Shown: positions 30,113 through 38,942 of the stretch, piece by piece
How the letters are laid out: the number at the start of each line of letters is the position of its first letter
Position numbering within the stretch: position 1 is the stretch's first letter
Source of the DNA: Nitrosomonadales bacterium
Lineage (GTDB): Bacteria > Pseudomonadota > Gammaproteobacteria > Burkholderiales > Gallionellaceae
Reading direction: 5' to 3'
DNA: 64,000 nucleotides
Assembly: GCA_016214695.1 (NCBI GenBank)
Contig: JACRNY010000005.1
Location: 80,372-144,371, forward strand
Notes under the pieces: generated by a model
Seen by the model: only the letters and a program-made list of their open reading frames with translations
Told to the model about the DNA's origin: nothing
The model's database searches: none
Translations under genes and position numbers: made by a program

Positions 30113-31015
30113 GTGGATGCGCTACAGGCCAACCTGATGCAGCAAGCGGACCTGGCACGGGCGCAGGGAATCGCCATCAGCTTGCATGACGCATACATAG
30201 AATTGCGCAAAAGAGACGCTGTCGTCCGCATGAACCGGCAGCATGCGGTCTATCTGCGCGGCATGCTGCTCAGGTTCGACTATTATTTTTCCGCGGTCGA
30301 ACCGGACCTCGACGGCACGCTCGCCGTGGCAGACTACTCGGTGCCACGCCACCATCGGCTGAGCGGATTCGATGACTTCCCGGCCTTCTTCCACTCGTAC
30401 CCGGAACCGATGCGCTCGACCGAGGCCTATCTGGATTTCGCCGGCATCCGGCCCGGACATGTAGTCCTGGATCTGGGCGCCTATGCAGGCATGGCTTCCA
30501 TACTGTTCTCCAAGCAGGTCGGCGCGAGCGGCCTTGTGGTTTCCTTTGAGCCGGACCCGCACAACTTCGCAGCGGCGCGCATGAACACCGGGATGCATGC
30601 GCAAGTATCCGGTCTGAACAACATCCGCCTTCACCAGCGCGCGGTCTGGAATGACTGCAACGGCCTCGAATTCTCCTGCGACGGCAACATGGGCTCAAGC
30701 GCATCCCGGATCGTGGGCAAAAGAGGCCAGGTCAGGCAAGTCGAGACCACCACGCTCGCCAACATCCTGGATGAGGAGGGGCTTGAGCGGATCGATTTCA
30801 TCAAGGTCGACATCGAGGGGGCCGAGATCGCGGTGTTCGAGCAGGCGCTCGACCTGTTGGGATCGATGCGTCCTGCCATCGTGATGGAATCCCATCGGGT
30901 CAATAACGTGCATTCGGCAACGGAATGCGAAAGGTTGCTGCGCAGCATCGGCTATGAGACGTGGACATCGACCGGCAACGACCAGTTCTCGGACTATCTC
31001 CTCTTTGCCCGCTAG
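30113..31015 (+). CDS. FkbM-family methyltransferase
   Basis: VLDLGAYAG, FEPDP and IKVDIEGAE motifs. Confidence 0.85.
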   Translation: MDALQANLMQQADLARAQGIAISLHDAYIELRKRDAVVRMNRQHAVYLRGMLLRFDYYFSAVEPDLDGTLAVADYSVPRHHRLSGFDDFPAFFHSYPEPMRSTEAYLDFAGIRPGHVVLDLGAYAGMASILFSKQVGASGLVVSFEPDPHNFAAARMNTGMHAQVSGLNNIRLHQRAVWNDCNGLEFSCDGNMGSSASRIVGKRGQVRQVETTTLANILDEEGLERIDFIKVDIEGAEIAVFEQALDLLGSMRPAIVMESHRVNNVHSATECERLLRSIGYETWTSTGNDQFSDYLLFAR

Positions 31016-31054
31016 CGGGAGGCAATACAGGCATTCATCTGTAATATTCGAAAC

Positions 31055-31906
31055 ATGGACAAGATAACCCGCCCCGCCGTTTCCAGACTGCCCTTCGATC
31101 CGATTTTCGTATGCGGCGCCCCGAGATCGGGAACGACATTGCTGCTCAGCCTGATCTGCACCTCGCGCGCGGCCAATCCGCTTTCCGCCGAGTGTGACTA
31201 TCTCACTGCGCTCGTGCATCCCTACATCGTCGGCCGCAACCGCTTCGACCTGCACACCAATTGCTATTTCGCCAGCCTGGGCGATTTCGAGCACTACCAT
31301 GCGGACATCATGCGCGGCGTATTGGCCGACATGTGGGAATTCCTCGAACGTCCGGCAAAGCTGGTACTCAAGGACCCCGGCATGACGCGATATGCCAACA
31401 TCATCCTCAGACTCCTGCCCGAGAGCCGGATGATCGTCTCGATACGCGACCCCAAGGATGTGGTCGCATCCCGCGTCTCCATCGAGATGCGGCGCCTGGG
31501 CAGCGACGATCCCGGCGACATCGGCAACGATTTCATCGAAGCGATCTGTCGCGAATACAACGCGGTGCATGAATACGTACTTACCCTGGACGAGAATGCG
31601 TTGCAGCGAGTGAAGCTGGTTCGTTACGAGCAACTGGTGAACGGCATCGGCCTGCCCGAGCTGTCCGCTTTCATCGGCGTCACCGACATCGACACCGAAT
31701 TCCTCTGGCAGCGCTCGCTCAAGATGGGCGAACGCAAGAGCCACAGCGAATGGCTTTCGCCGCTGTACGGAAAGAAGATGTCCGGAGATTCGATCGGCCG
31801 TTACCGGAAAGTGCTGGGCGAAACCGCGATCGCACTGATCGACGATGCCTGCATGCCCACTTACAACAAACTGCTGGATATCGGTGGATGGAATGAACAA
31901 GCCTGA
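31055..31906 (+). CDS. Sulfotransferase family protein
   Basis: 5'-PAPS motif GAPRSGTT and 3'-PB motif IRDPKDVVAS. Confidence 0.8.
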   Translation: MDKITRPAVSRLPFDPIFVCGAPRSGTTLLLSLICTSRAANPLSAECDYLTALVHPYIVGRNRFDLHTNCYFASLGDFEHYHADIMRGVLADMWEFLERPAKLVLKDPGMTRYANIILRLLPESRMIVSIRDPKDVVASRVSIEMRRLGSDDPGDIGNDFIEAICREYNAVHEYVLTLDENALQRVKLVRYEQLVNGIGLPELSAFIGVTDIDTEFLWQRSLKMGERKSHSEWLSPLYGKKMSGDSIGRYRKVLGETAIALIDDACMPTYNKLLDIGGWNEQA

Positions 31907-32939
31907 AGTCGACATCATCGTTCCCGTCTATAACTACGGGCGCTTTCTGGACGGATGCCTGCAATCGGTCGCCGACCAGACCTTCGGCAACTTCAGTGTC
32001 ATCGTCATCGACAACGCATCCACGGACGACACCGAAGAGATCGCCACAGCATGGTGTGCACGCGACCAGCGCATCCGCTATGTCCGCAACGACAGCAACA
32101 TCGGCTCCTCCAAATCGTGCATCAAGGCCTACCGCATGGGCGCTGCACCCTACGCCATGTTCCTCGCCGCCGACGACCAGCTGCTGCCGACCTTCCTGGA
32201 GAAAACGGCACATGGACTGGATGCCAACCCCGACTGCTCGTTCGCCTATTCGCTTTGTTCGCGCCTGGTAGACGAACGCCCCGTTTTCGGCCAGAACCTT
32301 TTCCTCCCCCTGCTCCCGACCGGCCCGCACAACATCCTGAACTATCTCGCATTCACGAACTGGATCTATCCCTCGTTCAGCCTTGTCCGCCGTGCCGCGC
32401 AAGGAAAATCCGGCGTGTTCGACATCTACGAGACGGCGAAACCGGAGATGCTGCTGCAGGGACTGGGCGACCATTTCATGTGGGTCAACCTCAGCAAGAC
32501 CGGCAACGCCTATGTCGTGAACGAAAGGCTGGGGAGATACCGCATCCATGGCGACAGCGAAACCTCCAAGTTCCGCAAAGGGCGCCGGGACATCGTCGAA
32601 CTCACTTTCCTGAACGATTACATATTCAGGTACGAAACCGATTTCGGCCTCGTTCCCCGCCTGTTGTCCAAGGCCAACAGCATGGGACGTCTGGCGACCA
32701 ATTTCGGCGTCGTCCGCATGGCGCTGGAAATGGCACACAGCGACAAATTCAGGGAGGTCGTCGAACCGGTCAAGCGGGAATTCCTCGAAGCATTGCGCCA
32801 GGTCCTGTCCGATTTCAGATACGACGTCGCCGAATCGGATCCCATGGGTTCGAGGAAGATGGATAGCATCGAACATATCCGCCTGCTGGATGAATATCTG
32901 GCCGCAGGCGACCCCGCGATACTGAAAAGATTCGACTGA
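31893..32939 (+). CDS. GT2 glycosyltransferase
   Basis: IIVPVYNYGRFL, IDNASTDDT and LAADD (DxD) motifs. Confidence 0.88.
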   Translation: MNKPEVDIIVPVYNYGRFLDGCLQSVADQTFGNFSVIVIDNASTDDTEEIATAWCARDQRIRYVRNDSNIGSSKSCIKAYRMGAAPYAMFLAADDQLLPTFLEKTAHGLDANPDCSFAYSLCSRLVDERPVFGQNLFLPLLPTGPHNILNYLAFTNWIYPSFSLVRRAAQGKSGVFDIYETAKPEMLLQGLGDHFMWVNLSKTGNAYVVNERLGRYRIHGDSETSKFRKGRRDIVELTFLNDYIFRYETDFGLVPRLLSKANSMGRLATNFGVVRMALEMAHSDKFREVVEPVKREFLEALRQVLSDFRYDVAESDPMGSRKMDSIEHIRLLDEYLAAGDPAILKRFD

Positions 32940-32959
32940 CCCCGGAAACGAGCGCGACC

Positions 32960-33631
32960 ATGAAATTCTCGTATGCACCCATCCGCCCCATCGCCGGCTA
33001 CAGCCCCTGGGCAGCCGACACCGACTTCATGGAGATCCACGAGGCCGTCAGGGAAAACACCATGGTGGACATCTATCGCCTGCACGAACTCTATTCATTG
33101 GTTCGGCAGCTGGGCAAACTTCCGGAGGGCGATATCCTGGAAGTGGGCGTCTGGCGCGGAGGATCCGGCGCATTGCTGGCCCGCACTGCAGCACTTGCCG
33201 GTTTGTCGAGCAGGGTCTTCCTGGCCGACACTTTCCGGGGAGTCGTCAAGGCGGGGAGCCGGGACTCGAAATATACGGGCGGCGAGCATGCCGACACCAG
33301 CCTCGACATCGTCGAGAACCTGCTCGGGGAAAAGTTGAAACTGGAGAATTTCTCGATACTGCAGGGCGTCTTCCCCGAACAGACCGGCGCAGAGATCGCC
33401 GGGCGCTCCTTCCGTCTCTGCCATATCGATGTGGACGTCTACGAATCGGCCAGGGATGTGAACGAATGGGTATGGCCCCGCCTGGTGCCGGGCGGCATGG
33501 TGGTCTACGACGACTACGGCTTCGAACCCTGCGTCGGCGTCACGCGCTATGTCAATGAACAGCTCGCTCTTGAAGACCGCCTCATCCTGCACAACCTGAA
33601 CGGGCATGCGCTTGTGATCAAACTGTATTGA
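32960..33631 (+). CDS. TylF/MycF-family O-methyltransferase
   Basis: LEVGVWRGGS, HIDVDVYES and GGMVVYDDY motifs. Confidence 0.88.
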   Translation: MKFSYAPIRPIAGYSPWAADTDFMEIHEAVRENTMVDIYRLHELYSLVRQLGKLPEGDILEVGVWRGGSGALLARTAALAGLSSRVFLADTFRGVVKAGSRDSKYTGGEHADTSLDIVENLLGEKLKLENFSILQGVFPEQTGAEIAGRSFRLCHIDVDVYESARDVNEWVWPRLVPGGMVVYDDYGFEPCVGVTRYVNEQLALEDRLILHNLNGHALVIKLY

Positions 33632-33644
33632 GCGACCGGCGCAC

Positions 33645-34586
33645 ATGAAACTGCTTGATGCATATCCGCCGCAGCTGTCAGTCGCGATAGGGGAGACGCG
33701 ATACAAGACCCATGCCGAGCTGGCAGCCCGCCACGGTGTCGATGTGGAGTTCAGCTCCGCGCACATCGAGGTACATCGGAGCGGCCGCACCCTGCGCATC
33801 CACAAGGGACACATCATCTACCTGAACGCGCTCATACGCTTCTTCGATTTTTACTGGGAATCGGTGGAGCCGGTCAACGAGTTCGGGAAACCGGTGTGCG
33901 ACTTCTCGCCCGAACGTTATCATCGTGTCATCGGCTTCGATCTGATGCCGGTCCTGTTCCCCTCCCTTGCCGAACCCGTCTCCACCATCGCCCAGTATCT
34001 CGAGTTCGCCCGCCTGGAGAAAGGCCACACGGTCCTCGACCTTGGCGCCTATGCCGGACTTTCCGCCATGCTGTTCAAACTGAAGGTGGGCGAGGGTGGC
34101 CGCGTGATCGCACTCGAACCGGACCCGCACAACCACCGTTGCATGAAGATCAATCTGGACCTGTTCCGGCGACTGACCGGGCTGGACATCGAAACAGTGG
34201 GCTCCGCATTGTGGACGGATGATGCGGGAGTCGACTTTTCCGCCGATGGCTGCATGGGTTCGAGTGCCGTCGAGTATGTCGGCATCAGGGGAGACCATCT
34301 CCGCGTCCCTTCCGTGACGCTGGACCAGCTGCTGGCACGCAACAAGGTCGGGATGGTCGATCTGCTGAAGTGCGATATCGAAGGCGCCGAAGACAAGGTC
34401 TTCAGGGATTCCGGCTTGCTGCGCGAGACGGTGAAACGCATGGTGGTCGAGATACACAATCCCCCCGCCGGCCTCACCTCGAACGCATTGATCCCCCAGC
34501 TGGAGGCGGCCGGATTCGAATGCGAACTGGGTGAGCAATACGGCGTCGATCTCCCTCTGCTCTATGCAAGCAATACGAAGCTATAG
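33645..34586 (+). CDS. FkbM-family methyltransferase (paralogue of 30113-31015)
   Basis: VLDLGAYAG, LEPDP and LKCDIEGAE motifs. Confidence 0.85.
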   Translation: MKLLDAYPPQLSVAIGETRYKTHAELAARHGVDVEFSSAHIEVHRSGRTLRIHKGHIIYLNALIRFFDFYWESVEPVNEFGKPVCDFSPERYHRVIGFDLMPVLFPSLAEPVSTIAQYLEFARLEKGHTVLDLGAYAGLSAMLFKLKVGEGGRVIALEPDPHNHRCMKINLDLFRRLTGLDIETVGSALWTDDAGVDFSADGCMGSSAVEYVGIRGDHLRVPSVTLDQLLARNKVGMVDLLKCDIEGAEDKVFRDSGLLRETVKRMVVEIHNPPAGLTSNALIPQLEAAGFECELGEQYGVDLPLLYASNTKL

Positions 34587-34684
34587 GAGATCGCTGATTC
34601 CATGCAAGCCAATGCCGAATCTGTCACCATAACCGGCGCAACCGCACGATCCACGTTCACACCTTACAGAACAGCCACTTTCAA

Positions 34685-35587
34685 ATGATCCATCTACCCC
34701 GCAGTTTCTACAAGTCAGGCCATGCCCCCTATTACATCGTGGCACTGGACTACATCCAGCAGTCGGCCGGCATCCGTGCACTGCATTATCTGTGTCATGC
34801 GCTGAACGAGAGCGGCGCAGAAGCCTATCTGACTTGCCAGGTGACTGCGCCGCACCTGCGCACCCCGGTGCTGGACGGGAATATTCTGCAACGGCACCAT
34901 CTGGCGGGCAGAAAACCGATCGTGATCTATCCCGAGATCGTGTCGGGCGATCCGATGGGGGCTGGAGGACTGGTCGTGCGTTGGCTGCTCAATCAACCGG
35001 GACATATCGCGGGCGATCTTTCATTCCCGGACAGCGACCTGATCTTCGCTTATAGCCCGATGTACCTCCCGTCCGGGATGCAGGGCAGGATCTTGCATGT
35101 GCCGACATGCGATCTGGCCTTGTTCAACAATGACGACAATCCGCATGACGCTGCGCGCGACCAGGTTTGTTTTTATGCCCACAAGTATCTTGTCAATGGC
35201 GGAACACTCACCCGGCACGCAAACGACGCCGTCAGCCTGTGCAAGGACCGTAAGCTGACACATGCGGAAATCGCCGCCGTGCTGCGCCGTTCCAGACTGC
35301 TCTACGTCTACGAGCCGACCGCGCTGATCACGGAAGCTTTGCTCTGCGGCTGTGCGGTGGCGATCGTCGAAACGGATTACTGGCGGGACAACGTGGGAAG
35401 TTTCTCCTGCCCGGTGGAAGACGGCATGACCATGGATCTCGGCCCCGATGCGATAGCTTGTGCACAGAAGAATGCCCGCAACTTCCGCACGAAATACGAG
35501 AACAGCGTCATGCGCGAGGCCTGGCTGCAACTGGACCGGTTCGTCAATTACACGCAAGCCGTCTTCAAGGAACGCACAGGCCGCTGA
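34685..35587 (+). CDS. Putative glycosyltransferase-like protein (WavQ-like)
   Basis: YIVALDY..SAGIRALHYLCHALN, VIYPE and VVRWLLN pattern; GT-B-like C-terminal EALLCGC. The family call is from recollection, not a search. Confidence 0.45.
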   Translation: MIHLPRSFYKSGHAPYYIVALDYIQQSAGIRALHYLCHALNESGAEAYLTCQVTAPHLRTPVLDGNILQRHHLAGRKPIVIYPEIVSGDPMGAGGLVVRWLLNQPGHIAGDLSFPDSDLIFAYSPMYLPSGMQGRILHVPTCDLALFNNDDNPHDAARDQVCFYAHKYLVNGGTLTRHANDAVSLCKDRKLTHAEIAAVLRRSRLLYVYEPTALITEALLCGCAVAIVETDYWRDNVGSFSCPVEDGMTMDLGPDAIACAQKNARNFRTKYENSVMREAWLQLDRFVNYTQAVFKERTGR

Positions 35588-35668
35588 TCCGGGGATAACG
35601 GGGTGATGCGACACGCACCGGCCGGGGCGACCAGATCTCCGTCCTTGATCTGCAACGCACTCACAAGA

Positions 35669-38254
35669 TCATTGCCCGTGACTCTCGCACCATACCCGCC
35701 ACATATCTGTCAGCGCCGCAGCGAAATGGTTCGCAAAGCGCTTTCCGTCCATGATCGGCGATCTCTCCAATCGCTGGCGCAGACCGCTGCGCAATGTCGC
35801 CAAACCTTGCCTGTCGGCCGCATACGAAACAGCCCACGCCACGTATTCTTCCTGGCTGTTGGCGACCCATTCCGGCAACCCCGCATTGCTCAGAAAACCC
35901 GCCCCCTGCCTGAACAGGAATGACTCGCCGCTCAGATTCAGCACCGGCACACCCATCCACAGGCTCTCCACCGTGGTAGTGCCGCCGGGATAGGGGAATG
36001 GATCGAGGGCGATATCGACCCGGTGGTAGGCCTCAAAATACTTCGCTCGCGATTCCGCGCCTTCAAGAATCAAACGCTCCGCCGGAATGCCGTGCACAGC
36101 AAAACGATCCATCGTACGCAGCCGAACCGAGTCCTCACCAAGCTGCCTGGACTTGAGGAACAGACGACTGTCCGGCACTGCCGTCAGCACCCGCGACCAT
36201 AATGCAACGACGTCGTCGTTCATCTTGGCCAGATTGTTGAAACAAGCGAAAGTGACATGACCGTTGGCGAGCGCGGGGAGCGGCGAGACCTCCACCCCGA
36301 CATCGGGTGGTGTGAAACATAGCCGCGTCTCCGGCAGCCGCCAGATCTTTTCCGTGAAATTGCGCTCTTCCGATTCCGGCAACGTGACCGGATCGGCGAT
36401 GAGATAGTCTACCGCGGCGACGCCGGTGGTGGCGAAGTAACCCAGCCATGCCACTTGTACCGGAGCAGGCTTCCATGCGAACACCGGCAGACGGTTGTAA
36501 CGCGAGTGGCCGGAAAGGTCGATCAGCACATGGACGCCATCGCCATGCATCAGGCGTGCGGCGGCTTCATCGCTCAGGCCGACCAGCGGCTTCCATGCGG
36601 AGAAATACGGTTTGATGCGTGCCGTGAGCTCATCCGTCCATGGATCTGTCGGATAGGCGATCAACTCGAACGCTGTGCGGTCGAGATGCCTCAGCAGGTT
36701 CTCCAGAAAATAGCCGACCGGATGGTTCCTGAAGTCACCCGATACGAATCCGATGCGCAGACGCGCGGGCTGCTTCACGCATGACCACTGCATAAAACGC
36801 GAGGGGACTTCGCCCGCCACTTTCCGGCCATATTCGCACGCTTCGGCAAAAGCTGCCGCGGGAGCGACGGCGGGGTTGTAATTCAACAGGAACAGCAGAT
36901 TGCTGTGCGCCTTGTGATAATCCGGCTTGAGTCGCAGCGCCTGCCGGTAGCAGGCCTCGGCTTGCTCCAGGGCACCCAACTCCTGCAGCAGGATGCCGAG
37001 ATTGTTGTGCGCTTCGGCCAGATCCGGCTTCAGTTCCAGCGCCTTCCGGTAACTGAGCTCCGCCTCGGCCAGCCGCCCCAGTTCCTTGAGCGTGTTGCCC
37101 AGATTGCTGTGGGCTTCGGTGTAATCCGGCTTGAGTTCCAGCGCACGCCGCAGGATCGTTTCAGCCTCAGCGGGCAAACCCTGATCATTGAGCACAGCCC
37201 CCAGATTGCAGCAGGCCTGGACATAGGCGGGCTTGATATGCAGTGCATTGCGGTAACTATCTGCGGCTTCCGCCGGACGCCCCTGCTCCCTCAGGGTATT
37301 ACCGAGGTTATAGTGCGCCTCGGCCAGATCCGGTTTGATCCTGAGCGCCCGGCGATGGCAGGCTTCCGCCTCTTGCAGTCGCCCCATATCCTGAAGCATC
37401 GTACCCAGGTTGCAGTATGCATCGGCATAATCCGGCTTGATCTTCAACGCGCGCCGGTAACTGGCTTCGGCTTCATCCAGTCGTCCCATATCCTGCAAGG
37501 CAACGCCCAGATTGCTGTGTGCATCCGCTTCGTTCGGCGACAGTGCCGCTGCCCGTTGCAGTGGAAGCAGCGACTCTGCATTCCTTCCCATCTGTTTCAA
37601 CACCGTCCCCAGCGCTTTCCAGCCGAATCCGTGCTGGGGGAAGTGCTCCGTCATCGACCGTGCCAGAGTTTCCGCTTCTGCCAATCGCCCGGAATTGAAA
37701 AGCGCCACCAGTGCATCGGTCTCCCGGGCACCGGGACTGTTGCCCTTGTGCGCGTGCGTCCTGGCTTTTGCATTCTTCCTGATGCTTTGCGCGTCTGCCG
37801 ACGGAGAGGGCGATTGCCGGGATCCTGGATCTGGCGGCCTGGCAGGCTGAGTGGTCGCTCCCAAACGCGCAGCCAAGGCCTCGATTCCCGCCCCCTGCAA
37901 GCCCTGTCGCCGGGCAAGCGCAAGTACCTCCTGCGCGGCTTTGACCTGACCGGCCTGGAATAAACAATCGATATAACTCAGCCAGTATTGTCCGTTTGCC
38001 GGGTCGGCATCCAGGGCGGCGACAAGATGTGACAGTCCGCTCGCCGGCTGATTCTGCTGTGAATACAGCACCCCCAGGTTGTGGTTGGCCTTCGGCTGAT
38101 GCGGCTCGATCTGCAAGATGGCCAGGTAGCGCTTCTCGGCTTCCTGCAAGTCGCCCGACTGATGCAGTGCCGCAGCCTCGATCAATGCCTGTTCTGTCGT
38201 TTGCGGCTTGGGGCCCAGCAAGGGCTCATCAAGATTCATTTGCCTGCCACTCAT
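35669..38254 (-). CDS. TPR-repeat O-GlcNAc-transferase/SPINDLY-like protein (GT41)
   Basis: Tandem TPRs (AHSNLG, AHYNLG, AHNNLG) followed by RIGFVSGDFRNHPVGYF, DLSGH, FNNLAK and LDPFPYPGGTTTVESLWMGVPV. Confidence 0.88.
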   Translation of the reverse strand: MSGRQMNLDEPLLGPKPQTTEQALIEAAALHQSGDLQEAEKRYLAILQIEPHQPKANHNLGVLYSQQNQPASGLSHLVAALDADPANGQYWLSYIDCLFQAGQVKAAQEVLALARRQGLQGAGIEALAARLGATTQPARPPDPGSRQSPSPSADAQSIRKNAKARTHAHKGNSPGARETDALVALFNSGRLAEAETLARSMTEHFPQHGFGWKALGTVLKQMGRNAESLLPLQRAAALSPNEADAHSNLGVALQDMGRLDEAEASYRRALKIKPDYADAYCNLGTMLQDMGRLQEAEACHRRALRIKPDLAEAHYNLGNTLREQGRPAEAADSYRNALHIKPAYVQACCNLGAVLNDQGLPAEAETILRRALELKPDYTEAHSNLGNTLKELGRLAEAELSYRKALELKPDLAEAHNNLGILLQELGALEQAEACYRQALRLKPDYHKAHSNLLFLLNYNPAVAPAAAFAEACEYGRKVAGEVPSRFMQWSCVKQPARLRIGFVSGDFRNHPVGYFLENLLRHLDRTAFELIAYPTDPWTDELTARIKPYFSAWKPLVGLSDEAAARLMHGDGVHVLIDLSGHSRYNRLPVFAWKPAPVQVAWLGYFATTGVAAVDYLIADPVTLPESEERNFTEKIWRLPETRLCFTPPDVGVEVSPLPALANGHVTFACFNNLAKMNDDVVALWSRVLTAVPDSRLFLKSRQLGEDSVRLRTMDRFAVHGIPAERLILEGAESRAKYFEAYHRVDIALDPFPYPGGTTTVESLWMGVPVLNLSGESFLFRQGAGFLSNAGLPEWVANSQEEYVAWAVSYAADRQGLATLRSGLRQRLERSPIMDGKRFANHFAAALTDMWRVWCESHGQ

Positions 38255-38299
38255 CCATTTATTTCAAGGCCCCCTGCCGCAAGCAGACGGTGATTCCAA

Positions 38300-38626
38300 T
38301 CACACCTGCATGTTCATGATGTCATTGTAGGCGGACACCATCTTGTTGCGCACCTGCACGGCGGTCTGGAACGAGATATTAGCCTTTTGCATGGCGATCA
38401 TGGTGTCGGAAAGACTGACCTTGTCGTCGCCCATCACGAAAGCCTCCTGCATCGCCTCGGCCTGGCGCTGGGTCTGGTTGACGCCGTCCAGCGAGGACTT
38501 CAGCACCTTGGAGAAATCCACCCCGCCCGTTGCCGCGGGCGCCTGCGCCGGCTGACCCTGGGCCGCCGCCATTGCAGCGCGCATCTGGGTCAACAGGCTA
38601 TCCACATTGGTCACGTTCATGCTCAT
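38300..38626 (-). CDS. fliE: Hook-basal body protein FliE
   Basis: MIAMQKANISFQTAVQVRNKMVSAYNDIMNMQV. Confidence 0.95.
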   Translation of the reverse strand: MSMNVTNVDSLLTQMRAAMAAAQGQPAQAPAATGGVDFSKVLKSSLDGVNQTQRQAEAMQEAFVMGDDKVSLSDTMIAMQKANISFQTAVQVRNKMVSAYNDIMNMQV

Positions 38627-38671
38627 GGCACACCTCCAAATATCTTAAATCCTGCTTTGCATCCACCTGTA

Positions 38672-38710
38672 CCCCTCTCCCACTGGGAGAGGGGGAACGG
38701 GGGTGAGGGA
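38672..38710. repeat. Uninterrupted CCCTCTCCC-N3-GGGAGAGGG...GGGGTGAGGG palindromic repeat
   Basis: 10-bp stem; same family as 8477-8592 and 62416-62529, in the opposite orientation. Confidence 0.7.
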
Positions 38711-38780
38711 ACGGATGGCCTGCACCGCCGTCCGTTATCCATGGCGGCACTCTACGCGCGCGCGCAAGCCTTCTAGCACC

Positions 38781-38841
38781 TGAAAAGCAGCCGAATTCCC
38801 CCGCTTTTCGGCATACTGAACTTGTCCGGCAGGCAGATAAT
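38781..38841 (+). promoter_or_regulatory. Candidate FlhDC-type class II promoter of fliF
   Basis: ccgcttttcggc (38801) lies 35 nt before GATAAT (38836). Confidence 0.5.
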
Positions 38842-38860
38842 GCCCAGTGTGAACAAATGA

Positions 38861-38939
38861 AGTGCTGAGTCGCGAGTTCTGAGTGCAGAGTACTCGTGAT
38901 CACCCGCTCAGGACTCGGCACTCGATACTCGGGACTCGA
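38861..38939. repeat. Heptamer (AGTGCTG-type) inverted-arm element in the fliF 5' UTR
   Basis: Five agtgctg-like units, a 9-nt spacer, then five gactcgg-like units; ends 3 nt before ATG 38943. Confidence 0.8.
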
Positions 38940-38942
38940 AAT

